DNA of 64,000 nucleotides from Mobula hypostoma. Taxonomy: Eukaryota. The stretch covers positions 3,844,001 to 3,908,000 of the forward strand of contig NC_086108.1 of NCBI RefSeq assembly GCF_963921235.1, in the 5' to 3' direction. Positions 36,946 through 49,324 of the stretch are shown here, piece by piece. Positions within the stretch are counted from its first letter, which is position 1; each line of letters begins with the position of its first letter. The translations under genes and the position numbers were made by a program. The notes under the pieces were generated by a model that saw only the letters and a program-made list of their open reading frames with translations, searched no databases and was not told the DNA's origin.

Positions 36946-37881
36946 ATGCCAGGCAGGATGTTGAAATGCTCGTCTTGCAGGATGTGGGAAGTCAGGGAGC
37001 CCTCCGGTGCCCCTGACAACGACACCTGCAAGAAGTGCATCCAGCTGCAGCTCCTGACAAACCGCGTTAGGGAACTGGAGCAGGAGCTGGATGACCTGCG
37101 GATCATTCGGGAGAATGAGGAGATTATAGATCGTAGCTACAGGGAGGTAGTTACGCCAAAGGAGCAGAGGACGGGAAATTGGGTCACTGTCAGGCGAGGG
37201 AAGAGGAAAGGGCAGGCAGAGCAGGGTTCCCCTGTGGCCATTCCCCTCAGCAACAAGTATACCGCATTGGATACTGTTGGGGGGGATGACTTACCTGGGA
37301 CTAGCTGCAGTAGCCAGATCTCTGGCACTGAGTCTGGTTCTGCAGTGCAAAAGGAAGGGGGGAAAAGGAGGAGAGCGGTAGTGATAGGGGACTCGATAGT
37401 TAGAGGTGCAGATAGAAGGTTCTGTGGTCGTGACAGAGAATCCAGGATGGTTTGTTGCCTCCCGGGTGCCAGGGTCAAGGATGTCTCTGATCGATTGCAT
37501 GACATTCTGAAGTGGGAGGGTGACCAGCCAGATGTCGTGGTGCACATCGGTACCAATGACATAGCAAGGAAGAGTGAGGAGGTCCTGGACAGTGAGTATA
37601 GAGAGCTTGGTAGGAAGTTAAAAAGCAGGACCTCAAGGGTGGTAATCTCAGGATTGCTACCTGTGCTAGGTGCCAGCGAGGGTAGGAATAGGATGCTCTG
37701 GAGGAGGAACAAGTGGCTGAGGAACTGGTGTAGGGGGCAGGGTTTCAGATTTCAGGATCATTGGGACCTCTTCTGGGGCAGGTGGGACCTGTACAAGAGA
37801 GACTGGTTACACTTGAACCACAGGGGGACCAATATCCTTTCAGGGAGGTTTGTTAGTGCTATTGGGGAGGCTTTAAACTAG
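36946..37881 (+). CDS. CR1 ORF1p: Cys-pair zinc-finger-like N-terminus, coiled coil and SGNH/GDSL esterase domain
   Basis: Open frame with CSSC..CKKC, LTNRVRELEQEL, GDSIVRG, HIGTND and DWLH. Confidence 0.9.
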   Translation: MPGRMLKCSSCRMWEVREPSGAPDNDTCKKCIQLQLLTNRVRELEQELDDLRIIRENEEIIDRSYREVVTPKEQRTGNWVTVRRGKRKGQAEQGSPVAIPLSNKYTALDTVGGDDLPGTSCSSQISGTESGSAVQKEGGKRRRAVVIGDSIVRGADRRFCGRDRESRMVCCLPGARVKDVSDRLHDILKWEGDQPDVVVHIGTNDIARKSEEVLDSEYRELGRKLKSRTSRVVISGLLPVLGASEGRNRMLWRRNKWLRNWCRGQGFRFQDHWDLFWGRWDLYKRDWLHLNHRGTNILSGRFVSAIGEALN

Positions 37882-37883
37882 AT

Positions 37884-40798
37884 TTGCAGGGGGATGGGAA
37901 CCAGAATGCCAGGGCTGACAGTGAGGCTGGGGTGAAAATAAATGATGTTGAAAGTTTAAGCAAATCCACTGATAGAAAGGTTGTGAGTGGTGGTAAAAAT
38001 CTTCTGAGGTGTATATATTTCAATGCTAGGAGTATTGCGGGGAAGGCGGATGAGTTGAGGGCGTGGATTGACACGTGGAATTATGATGTTGTAGCAATTA
38101 GTGAAACTTGGCTACAGGAGGGGCAGGACTGGCAGCTTAATATTCCAGGGTTCCGATGTTTCAGATGTGATCGAGGCAGAGGAATGAAAGGTGGGGGAGT
38201 AGCATTACTTGTTAGGGAAAATATTACAGCAGTGCTCAGGCAGGACAGATTAGAGGGCTTGTCTACTGAGTCCTTATGGGTGGAGCTGAGAAACAGGAAA
38301 GGTATGGCCACATTAGTGGGATTGTATTACAGACCACCCAATAGTCAACGAGACTTGGAAGAGCAAATCTGCAGAGAGATAGCAGGCAACTGCAGGAAAC
38401 ATAAAGTTGTGGTGGTAGGGGATTTTAATTTTCCATACATTGATTGGGACTCCCATACTGTTAGGGGTCTAGATGGTTTAGAGTTTGTAAAATGTGTTCA
38501 GGAAAGTTTTCTAAATCAGTATATAGAGGGACCAACTAGAGGGGATGCAATATTGGATCTCCTGTTAGGAAACGAATTAGGGCAAGTGACAGAAGTCTGT
38601 GTAGGGGAGCACTTTGGTTCCAGTGATCATAACACCATTAGTTTCAATTTGATCATGGACAAGGATAGATCTGGTCCTAGGGTTGAGGTTCTGAACTGGA
38701 AGAAGGCCAAATTTGAAGAAATGAGAAAGGATCTGAAAAGCGTGGATTGGGACAGGTTGTTCTCTGGCAAAGATGTGATTGGTAGGTGGGAAGCCTTCAA
38801 AGGTGAAATTTTTAGAGTGCAGAGTTTGTATGTTCCTGTCAGGATTAAAGGCAAATTGAATAGGAATAAGGAACCTTGGTTCTTGCAACTCTGATAAAGA
38901 AGAAGAGGGAGTTGTATGAAATGTATAGGAAACGGGGTAAATCAGGTGCTTGAGGAGTATAAGAAGTGCAAGAAAATACTAAGAAAGAAATCAGGAGGGC
39001 AAAAAGAAGACATGAGGTTGCCTTGGCAGTCAAAGTGAAGGATAATCCAAAGAGCTTTTACAAGTATATTAAGAGCAAAAGGATTGTAAGGGATAAAATT
39101 GGTCCTCTTGAAGATCAGAGTGGTCAGCTTTGTGCGGAACCAAAGGAAATGGGGGAGATCTTAAATAGGTTTTTTGCATCTGTATTTACTAAGGAAGCTG
39201 GCATGAAATCTATGAAATTGAGGGAATCAAGTAGTGCGACCATGGAAACTGTACAGATTGAAAAGGAGGAGGTGCTTGCTGTCTTGAGGAAAATTAAAGT
39301 GGATAAATCCCCGGGACCTGACAGAGTGTTCCCTTGGACCTTGAAGGAGACTAGTGTTGAAATTGCGGGGGCCCTGGCAGAAATATTTAAAATGTTGCTG
39401 TCTACGGGTGAAGTGCCGGAGGATTGGAGAGTGACTCATGTTGTTCAGTTGTTTAAAAAAGGATCGAAAAGTAATCCGGGAAATTATAGGCCGGTGAGTT
39501 TAACGTCAGTAGTAGGTAAGTTATTGGAGGGTGTACTAAGAGACAGAATCTACAAGCATTTGGATAGACAGGGGCTTATTAGGGAGAGTCAACATGGCTT
39601 TGTGCGTGGTAGGTCATGTTTGACCAATCTGTTGGAGTTTTTCGAGGAGGTTACCAGGAAAGTGGATGAAGGGAAGGCACTGGATATTGTCTACATGGAC
39701 TTCAGTAAGGCCTTTGACAAGGTCCCGCATGGGAGGTTAGTTAGGAAAATTCAGTCGCTAGGTATACATGGAGAGGTGGTAAATTGGATTAGACATTGGC
39801 TCGATGGAAGAAGCCAGAGAGTGGTGGTAGAGAATTGCTTCTCTGAGTGGAGGCCTGTGACTAGTGGTGTGCCACAGGGATCAGTGCTGGGTCCATTGTT
39901 ATTTGTCATCTATATCAATGATCTGGATGATAATGTGGTAAATTGGATCAGCAAGTTTGCTGATGATACAAAGATTGGAGGTGTAGTAGACAGTGAGGAA
40001 GGTTTTCAGAGCCTGCAGAGGGACTTGGACCAGCTGGAAAAATGGGCTGAAAAATGGCAGATGGAGTTTAATACTGACAAGTGTGAGGTATTGCACGTTG
40101 GAAGGACAAACCAAGGTAGAACATACAGGGTTAATGGTAAGGCACTGAGGAGTGCAGTGGAACAGAGGGATCTGGGAATACAGATACAAAATTCCCTAAA
40201 AGTGTCGTCACAGGTGGATAGGGTCGTAAAGAGAGCTTTTGGTACATTGGCCTTTATAAATCAAAGTATTGAGTATAAGAGCTGGAATGTTATGATGAGG
40301 TTGTATAAGGCATTGGTTAGGCCGAATCTGGAGTATTGTGTTCAGTTTTGGTCATCAAATTACAGGAAGGATATAAATAAGGTTGAAAGAGTGCAGAGAA
40401 GGTTTACAAGGATGTTGCCAGGACTTGAGAAACTCAGTTACAGAGAAAGGTTGAATAGGTTAGGACTTTATTTCCTGGAGCGTAGAAGAATGAGGGGAGA
40501 TTTGATAGAGGTATATAAAATTATGATGGGTATAGATAGAGTGAATGCAAGCAGGCTTTTTCCACTGAGGCAAGGTGAGAAAAAAACCAGAGGACATGGG
40601 TTAAGGGTGAGGGGGGATAAGTTTAAAGGGAACATTAGCGGGGGCTTCTTCACACAGAGAGTGGTGGGAGTATGGAATGAGCTGCCAGACGAGGTGGTAA
40701 ATGCGGGTCCTTTTTTAACATTTAAGAATAAATTGGACAGATACGTGGATGGGAGGTGTATGGAGGGATATGGTCCGTGTGCAGGTCAGTGGGACTAG
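37884..40798 (+). pseudogene. CR1 ORF2 (APE endonuclease and reverse transcriptase), broken by frameshifting indel(s) near 38880-38960
   Basis: YFNARS, ISETW, GDFN and SSDH in 37884-38894; NYRPVSL, QHGF, DFSKAFD, GVPQGSVLGP and FADD in 38966-40798. Confidence 0.93.
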
Positions 40799-40876
40799 GC
40801 AGAAAATGGTTCGGCACAGCCAAGAAGGGCCAAAGGGCCTGTTTCTGTGCTGTAGTTTCTATGGTTCTATGGTTCT

Positions 40877-41494
40877 AAGATGGCAGCGCGATGCAGCACG
40901 CGCAGCTCTCCGGTGAAATGATATCGTATTTTTAAGTAGAATGCTGTGCACAATTCTGATTTGATGGAGACAGATGTGAAAGCACAGAGGAACATCTGGA
41001 GAAATTTCTGAAATGCCCGGTTCGCTGACACTGCTACTGTGCTATCGAGAATCTCCAGAGGGAAGGCCCCAAAATCCCCGGCTTTACCTGCTGCTGGCGA
41101 CCGAGGCTGAGGTCAAAGCGTTCGGCAGAGATGGTGCTCGGTATTCGGTGTCTGAGGGCTGATCAGAGGCACGAAGTTTTCGGATGACTCAGAGTTGGAC
41201 TGTGGTCGGGCATGGCAGGGAGAGCTTTCTTCCTTCTCCCGTCTGCGTGAGATGTGGGACTTTTGAGAGACTTTGAACTTTTTTACCGTGCCCATTGCCT
41301 GTTCTTCATCAAGTTATGGTATTGTTGCACTGTTATAACTATATGTTATAATTATGTGGTTTTTATTAGTTTCTCAGTCTTGGTCTGTCCTGTGTTTCTG
41401 TGATCACACCGGAGGAATATTGTATCATTTCTTAATGCATGCATTACTAAATGACAATAAAAGAGGACTACGTGTCTTCATAATCCAATCTAAT
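40877..41494 (+). mobile_element. Non-coding (non-autonomous) retroelement of about 620 bp
   Basis: Begins AAGATGGCAGCG (YY1-like LINE start) and ends AATAAA...(TAATC)n; second copy at 28520. Confidence 0.75.
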
Positions 41495-44400
41495 CATCTC
41501 CAGCTGCCCAGTAAAAGCCAAGCGCTCTCCAGTAGACTGAAGGGTACTGGTGAGCGTGACCCCTCTCCGGCCCTCCTCGACACCACTCACTCTCATACCT
41601 GCTTCTCTGGAGTGGGGCGTCCAACACCAAGCAGTCTCCGTCTTGGTCAATTCTGGTGCGGAGGGGTGTTTTATCGATTCTGGCTTGGCTGCCCAGTGGG
41701 GACTATCCACTTCTGCTCTCCAGTCACCATTGGTGGCCAACGCCTTGAGCGGTCAGAGACTGGCCAACATCATCCATGTCACCGCCCCGGTGAGTCTCAG
41801 TTTATCCAGCAGCCATCATGAACAGTTAACCCTTTACGTTATTGACTCTCCTCAAACTCCCATTGTCCTGGGCCATCCCTGCTTAGTCAGACACAACCCC
41901 CACATTGACTGGCTCAGTCGCAAGATTGTAAGCTGGAGCCAATTCTGTCACTCCCACTGCCTCCGCCATGCTCAGATCCTCTTGTCTCCAAGCCCAGATC
42001 CCTCGAGGAATTTCCGGACCTTAGTGCCATCCCTCCTGAATACATGGACCTCAAGGCTGTGTTTAGCAAGTTCCGGGCCACCTCCCTGCTGCCTCATCGT
42101 CCATACAATTGTGCCATTGACCTCTTGCCTGGCACAACTCCCCCAAGGGGCCGCCTGTATTCCCTGTCCGTACCTGATACAGAAGCCATGAATAAGTACA
42201 TTCAAGAGTCTCTGGCTGCATGCATAATCCGGCCGTCTTCCTCCCCTGCTGGGGCCGGTTTTTTCTTTGTTGAAAAGAAGGACGGTTCCTTACGTCCATG
42301 CGTTGATTACTGGGGACTGAATGCAGACACTGTTAAGAACTATTTCCCTCTTCCAATCAGGACCACGGCATTTGAACTACTGCAAGGAGCCTCAGTTTTC
42401 ACTAAGCTTGATCTCCATAACATATACCATCTTGTACGCATCCGTGAAGGGGACGAGTGGAAGACGGCCTTCAACACCACCTCAGGCCATTACGAGTATC
42501 TGGTCATGCCATTCTGCCTCACCAATGCCCCGGCCGTCTTCCAAGCCCTGGTAAATGACGTTCTCAGGGACATGATGAACCAATTTGTTTTCGTGTATCT
42601 CTACGACATTTTGATTTTTTACTCTAAAGTCCCTTGCTGAACATACAGGTCACGTCCACAGAGTTCTACAACGCCTTTTGTAGAACCAGCTTTTTGTGAA
42701 GGCTGAGAAATGTGAGTTTCATCACAATACAGTCTCCTTCCTGGGTTATGTAATTTCAGGTGGTTCCATTCAGATGGACCAACAAGGTCAAGGTGGTGGT
42801 CGATTAGCCCCAACCCTTGACTTGTCGGGAGTTGTAACACTTCTTGGGCTTCGCTAACTTCTATCGCTGCTTCATCAGAAAGTACAGTACACTGGCTTTA
42901 CCACTCACTGCTCTCACCTCATCAGCTGTCAGATTCTCCTGGTCCCCTGCTGCTGAGAAAGCGTTGCCTGAACTGAAGGAACGTTTCCCCTGTGCCCTCA
43001 TCCTGATTCAACCTGACACCGACCAGCAGTTCATTGTAGAGGTGGATGCATCTGATATTGGTGTAGGAGCTGTTCTCTCTCAGCGCTCGGCTAAGGATGA
43101 GAAGGTACACCCCTGCGCCGCCTTCTCTCACCACCTCACTCCCACCGAGCAGAATTACGATGTCGGAAACCCGGAGCTGCTGGCTGTGAAGCTAGCTCTG
43201 GAGGAGTGGAGGCATTGGCTGGAGGGAGCCAAGGTGCCATTCTTAGTCTGGACTGATCACAAGAATCTGGAATATATCTGTACTGCCAAGCGTCTCAACT
43301 CCTGTCAAGCTCATTGGTCCCTGGTTTGTCTCAAGATTCAATTTTACTCTGTCCTTCTGCCCCTGTTCCAAGAATGGAAAACCTGACGCCCTCTCCTGAA
43401 GATTTCCCTCCTCTGAGACCCTTGAGGTCCCCGATGCTATCCTCCCTGCTCACTGTCTCATGGGTGCAGTGCAATGGGACATTGAATCCATTGTGCGAGC
43501 TGCTCACAGAGCAAGGCAGCCCCTAGTCAATGCCCCACTAACCGTGTTTACGTTCCCAGCTCAGTCTGCTCACAGGTATTGCAGTGGGGTCATTCTTCCC
43601 GGTTATCCTATCACCCTGGAACCAAGCGTACTCAGGCCTTCATCAGTCGGCGGTTCTGGTGGCCCTCCATGGGAGATGACATCCGCAACTTTGTCTCAGC
43701 CTGCTCGGTCTGTGCTCAAGGCAGGAACTCTAACCAGTCACCCGCTGGTCTGTTACAACCCCTGTCTATCCCCAAGAGACCCTGGTCCCACATTGCCCTG
43801 AATTTTGTCACGGTCTTCCCCCATCAGATGGTAACACCACCATTCTCACAGTAGTTGATCGTTTCTCCAAGTCTGTACACTTCATTCCTTTACCTAAACT
43901 CCCCTCGGCCAAAGAAACAGCCAAATTACTAGTACTGCATGTTTTTAAATTACATGGTCTATCTGTAGATGTTGTGTCAGACAGGGGCTCTCATTTCACA
44001 TCCAGCTTCTGGAGGGCATTCTGTAATCTTCTGGGTGCCTCCATGAGTCTGTCTTCAGGATTCCACCCACAGACCAATGGCCAGACCGAGCGGCCAACCA
44101 ACAGCTAGAGATTGTATTGCAGTGCCTGTTCTCTCAGAACCCCTCTGTGTGGAGTCAGCAGCTACCCTGGACCGAGTACATCATAAACTCTCATCCGTCC
44201 TCATCCACTGGTCTGTCCCCGTTCGAGTGCTGCCTTGGCTACCAACCTCCACTGTTTCCTGCCCAGGAGGAGGAGGTTGGCGTTCCATCTGCCAAGGCAT
44301 TCAGCCGCCATTGTCAGCTGATGTGGAGGCGCATTCGCTCTGCCCTTCTCCATGCCTCTGCTAGGATCAAGCGTCAAGCTGACCACCATCACTCCAAGGC

Positions 44401-44860
44401 CCCATGTTGCCACCAGAGACAGCATGTGTGGATTTCAACCCGAGACCTGCCCCTCAAGGTGGGTTCCTGCAAGCTCGCCCCCCCCCGCTTCATTGGCCCC
44501 TTTCCCATTGCTAAAGTCATCAGCCCTGCTGCCGTCCGTCTCAAGCTCCCCTCCACTCTCCACCACATTCATCCCACCTTCCATGTGTACCGCATCAAGC
44601 CTTTCATGAGCCACCCCCTGTGTCCTGTCCCCAAACCCCTCCCCCCCCCACAGCTAATCGATGGGTCAGAGGCCTTCACGGTGCATCAGCTGCTGGGCGT
44701 TCATCGCCAGGGCTGTGGCCTTCAGTACCTTGTGGACTGGGAGGGCTACGGTCCTGAGGAGAGGTGCTGGGTCCCTGCCTGTAACAGCCTAAACCCCTCT
44801 CTCATCAGGGACTTCCATTGCCAGCACCCAGCTCGACCTGCCGTGATGCCAGGAGGTGTC
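41495..44860 (+). pseudogene. pol: Gypsy gag end and pol (protease, RT, RNase H, integrase, chromodomain); multiply frameshifted
   Basis: LVNSGA (D>N); [20 protein letters not shown] (YLDD decayed); DASD..ELLA..TDHKNL; H..HPG..CSVC; chromodomain QYLVDWEGYGPEERCW. Confidence 0.93.
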
Positions 44861-44875
44861 TGGGGGTGGGGGTAC

Positions 44876-45403
44876 TGTCAGTATCTCAAGTTGAACTCTG
44901 TCTTTTTGTGTGTTTTCCCTCTAGCCGTCAGTCTGTGGTTTTGTATTGCCATGTGCTCTTGTTTGTTTTCATGCCCCATGTGCTCCTGTCCCCACTCCTG
45001 CTCTGCTGCGGCCCCTGTATTACTGAGTACTCTGCCTCTTACCCGTTTCTCATTATTACTTGTTTTGCTGCCGTTTCTGTCTCACTGTGCTCCACCTATC
45101 ATCTGCCTCTCTGGTTATTGCTCAGTGTATTTTAGTCCTGTGTTTTCACCTGATTGTTGCCAGATTGTGCCATGAATTTTCCTGAGTCTTTCCTGAGTGT
45201 TTGTGTTTGTATCTGTACTCTGTCCATCTGAATATTGACTTTTCCTGTTTCCCGATTCTGGTTTTTGGATTTCTCTGGATGGTTTGATCTCTGCCTGAAC
45301 TTTGACGTTGACTTTGTTTGCACCTCGGGATTTGTTACTCAATTAATATCACTGTGAGCACAGTACTGGGTCTGCAATTGGGTCCCTGCTCCACGCCCCG
45401 ACA
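44876..45403 (+). repeat. 3' LTR
   Basis: TGTCAGTATCTC...CCCGACA followed by TSD TATTG; roughly 10% diverged from the 5' LTR by eye. Confidence 0.93.
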
Positions 45404-45459
45404 TATTGCCAATGCACATCATGGCAAACGGGTTAAATTAATCTTTCTCATGCCCGTTA

Positions 45460-45865
45460 TACCTCTGTTATTTAGTGCAATGAAGATCCTCCATCACTGG
45501 CAGTCCTCAGGGCTTCTGTCATCATGTCAGTAGCTTCCTCTTGGTTTTCACTACTGTCAGACATACAAGTCCCGGGTGGAGACTCAGGAATACCGTCACA
45601 CTCAGATGTAGAAGGATTCTTCATTGCTGTTTCAATATCAGTTTTGTTTGACCAGTCAGGGTTGTTAGCCCTGAACTAAATCCTCCAAACCTGGATGACC
45701 AGTGGACCACACTTAGTCTGACCTCTACCCTTTGACCTGTTTGGCTTGGGTGACCTGACCAAGAGCCAAAGCATAAAGCCCTGACTCCAACCAGCGTAGC
45801 TCTCTGGGTCATCGAGGTACACAAACCTCCAAACCCTACAACCAGGTTTTGGTCCTCTTGGAAGT
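45460..45865 (-). mobile_element. RTE-like 5'-region repeat
   Basis: Homologous to 34195-34960. Confidence 0.6.
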
Positions 45866-46409
45866 AGGTTGATCTTGGAGTAGGTTAAAAAGTCAGCAGA
45901 ACATTGTGGGCCAAAGGGCCTGTACTGTAGTATACTGTTCTATGTTGTTTGTTCTATAAAAGCTTGTGACCTAGATGGGAATTGGACGATCTTTCTTGCC
46001 TGTTCCAATCTATCTTGCTTGTATCACATAGATTTAGCCAGACTCAAAACGAGAGCAAATTAATTCATCTTCAGGGCTAGTCAGCATTTTGTGTTCGATA
46101 AGAGCCAGTAAACTAGACAGACAGATTGGAAAATAATCCTTTTTATCCCCGCGACAGATGGGGAGCGGATATAGCAGGCTGGACAAAGGCGAATTAAACC
46201 TCGAAGAGCGAGATTGGAGGGCAGAGTAAATGTGGAAACCAGGTAATGGCAGAAGCTGATGGTCTTCGCTGAGAGATATCTCCATTTTTAATAAAGTGCC
46301 GCACTCAGATACAATATCACTCGCATGCAATTACTGGAGGAGGGTTGGTGGGGGGGTGGGGGGAAGAGACTGAACAAGCTGGCTGTCTGTTTCAAACCCT
46401 GGGGCCATG

Positions 46410-46825
46410 GCTTATAGGAGACAGATTAAAAATCTGCCTGAGTGGTGCCACAACAACAACCTCTCACTCAAATTCAGCAAAACCAAAGAGCTGATTTTTG
46501 ACTTCAGGAGGAAGAAACCAGAGGTCTTTGAGCCAGTCCTTATTGGGAGATTGGAGGTGGACAGGATTGGTAACTTTAAATTCCTTGGCATTATCATTTC
46601 AGAGGGTCTGTCCTGGGCAGAAATGGCATCATAAAGAAGGCACAACAGTGCCTCTACTTTCTGAGAAGTTTGAAAAGATTCAACATGCCACCTACAACTC
46701 TGACAACTTCTACAGATGCACAGTGGAGAGTATCCTGACTGGTTGCATCACAGTCTGGTATGGAAACACCAATGCCCGGAAACAGAAAGTGTGGACACTG
46801 CCCAGTCCATCACAGGTAGAGCTCT
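46410..46825 (+). mobile_element. Rex1/Babar-type LINE fragment
   Basis: WCHNNNLSLKFSKTKELIFDFRR, FKFLGIIIS, NFYRCTVESILTGCITVWYG. Confidence 0.87.
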
Positions 46826-46849
46826 CAATACTACCAGTGCTTTATAAAG

Positions 46850-48730
46850 TTTCAACATTACATCCTTGCTTTTATGTTATAGTCCTCTTGCAATGAATGC
46901 TTACATTGCATTTGCCTTCCTCTGTAAATTAATCTTTAGGGAATCCTGCACAGGGACTCCCAAGTCTCTTTGCAGCACCACTTTTTGCATTTTCTCTCCA
47001 TTTAGAAAATAGTCAACCTTTTCATTTCTTCACCAAAGTGCATGACCATATACTTCCTGACACTGTATTCCATCTACCATTTCTTTGCCCATTCTCCTAA
47101 TCTGTCTAAGTCCTTCTGTAGCCTCTCTACTTCCTCAAAACTACCTGCCCTCCACTTTTCTTCATATCATCTGCAAATTTTGCAATAAAACCATCAATGC
47201 CATCATTCAAATAATTGACATACCGTATAATGTAAAAAGAATCAGTCCCAACACAGACCCCTGTGGAACACCCACTAGTCACTGGCAGCCAGTCAGAAAA
47301 GGCTCCCTTTATTCCCACTCTTTGCCTCCTGCCAATCAACCTCTGCTTTATCCATGCCAGAATCTTTCCTGTAATACCATGAGCTTCTAGCTTGCTAAGC
47401 AGCTTCATCTGTGGCTCCTTGTCAAAGGCCTTCTGAAAATCCAAGTACTCAACATCAACCAATGTCACTTTGTCAATCCTGCTTGTTATTTCTTCAAAAA
47501 TTTCCAACAGATTTTTCAGGCAAGATTTTCCCTTGAGGAAACCATGCTGTCTAAGGCCTATTTTATCGTGTACCTCCAAGTACCCTGAGACCTCATCCTT
47601 AATAATCGACTCCAACATCTTCCCAACTGCTGAGGTCAGACTATAGTTTCATTTCTTCTGCCTCTCTCCCTCCTTGACGAGTGGAGTGACATTTCCAATT
47701 TTCCAGTCTTCAGGAACCATTCCAGAATCTAGTGATTCTTGAAAGATCATTGCTAATGCCTCCACAATCTCTTCAACCACCTCTTTCAGAACTTTGGGGC
47801 ATATACCATCTGGTCCAGGTAACTTAACTACCTTCAGATCTTTCAGTTTCCCAAGAACCTTCTTCCTTGTAATGGTAACAACACACAATTCATGACCCCT
47901 GATACCTGGAACTTCCACCACACTGCTAGTGTCTCCCACAGTAAGACTGATGCAAAATACTTATTCAGTTCATTCGCCATTTCCTTGTCCCCATTAGTGT
48001 TCATCCACTGTCGACGTCGATGAGGACCTCAACACCAATATGATGGTGTTGAGACTAGCGCGTGATTTGGATTTAAGAGAGGGAGAGTTGCGCAGCGTCA
48101 GCCTCACTCTCTCTTCCCAATTCCCATCTGGGTCCAGTGGCAAGACAGAGTCTAGACGGCTGGAGATGGGACCAGGCGCAGTGGATGACCAGGACGTCTT
48201 CTGTGTCTTGTCCTGCTCTACATGTTCCATGACGCTTGCAGAGACCACCTTCTTGACTGTTGGACCTTCCATTGGTCTCGTCCGCTCAATCCGCCAGAGT
48301 CTGTCTTCACATACCGGGATAGACAACTCACTATCTCACCGAGGGTTTGAGACCCGTCGGCTACCTTCACTTGGTTCAGCCGGCTTGTCGAAGCAGTTGC
48401 CTGGGGTGTGGCCGCTGTCGCATGCAAACAGCTACGGGGAGCCACAGGTGAGAGCTGAGTGCCAGGTGGGGACCAAAGGTGGACTAACCGCCTTGAAAAG
48501 GACGTGACATGTTCCCCCACCAGAGGTGCTACCGCTCCCTGACACCCCATACACCCCAAACAACCGATTACAACCTCTCCAGCATCGTTTTCCAACTGTC
48601 TGATATCCATTCTCACCTCTCTTTTACACTTTATGTATCTGAAAAAACTTCTGGTATCCCTCCGTAATATTATTGGCTAGCTTACTTTTGTATTCCATCT
48701 TTACCTTATTGACTTTTTTAGCTGCCTTCT
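46850..48730 (-). mobile_element. CR1 ORF2 fragment interrupted by an insertion of about 570 bp
   Basis: ORFs 47127-47618 (QHGF, DFQKAFD, FADD) and 47649-47939 (PGPDG..VPEDWK). CR1 resumes at about 48567 with ATTA repeated on both sides of the insert. Confidence 0.88.
47997..48566. mobile_element. Unclassified non-coding interspersed element (possibly RTE-related) inserted in CR1
   Basis: Splits the CR1 between ..CCCCATTA and ATTACAACC..; no recognisable protein. Confidence 0.55.
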
Positions 48731-48734
48731 GTTT

Positions 48735-49152
48735 TGAGTGATGATAAACCTGATTCTGATCTGGGTCTCTATTGTGGACTGAGAGTGGGAAAGGGACAGG
48801 GAGAGGGGAATCATGGTTGGGAAAAGGGGAAGAGAGGGGAGGGAGCAGGAAGCACCAGAGAGACATTCTATAATGATCAATAAACCAACTGTTTGGAATC
48901 AAATGACCTTGCCTGGTGTCTCAGGGCTGGGTGTGTCTACGCCCTCACCACATCTCACCCCTGCCCCTCTGCCACTTGTCCCACACCCCACATCCCTCCC
49001 ACGGCACTCCACCCTCACCATTCCCAACATCCTCTGCTCCCACCAGATTTACCAACTCGCTCTCTGCTCCACTTTGACAAATACAGTACCGTGCAAGTGT
49101 TTCATGTACTCCAGCTATATATATGTGCCTAAGACTTCTGTGCAGTCCTGCA
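48735..49152. mobile_element. Composite non-autonomous element related to 29088-29355, ending in a degenerate Tc1 mini-MITE palindrome
   Basis: 48735-48870 matches 29220-29355; 49082-49152 reads TACAGTACCGTGCAAG..GTGCCTAAGACTTCTGTGCAGTCCTGCA. Confidence 0.7.
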
Positions 49153-49324
49153 CATCCCAAGTGTGACTTCTCTTCATGGCTTTAGGAGCTTTGGGATGTT
49201 AGATTAGCTTTAATTATTTGTGAAGTGTGTTATTTTATGCCAAATCAAATCAGCGGGGACTGTGCTGGGGCAGCCCGCAAGGTCACCACACTTCCGGTAC
49301 CAACAGTAGCTCACTGACCCTAAT

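Larger units (their letters stand above)
36670..40876 (+). mobile_element. Near full-length CR1 LINE nested in Gypsy gag
   Basis: 5' UTR with CACGTG E-box, ORF1, APE-RT ORF2 and 3' tail (TTCTATGG)n. Confidence 0.96.
35184..45403 (+). mobile_element. Gypsy/Ty3 LTR retrotransposon, Tf1/sushi chromovirus group; full-length but degenerate, with a 4.8-kb nested insertion
   Basis: Paired LTRs TGTCA...GACA; TATTG target-site duplication at 35179-35183 and 45404-45408; PPT GGGGGTGGGGG before the 3' LTR; domain order gag-PR-RT-RH-IN-chromodomain. Confidence 0.96.

Noticed and set aside
35714..44860. Domesticated PEG10/RTL1-like gene
   Set aside because: Both LTRs and the TSD are present, with many frameshifts, catalytic substitutions and a nested insertion; this is a decaying retrotransposon.
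44117..45175. 352-aa ORF extending past the chromodomain
   Set aside because: Read-through into the 3' LTR after loss of the stop; the same text appears in 5' LTR ORFs.
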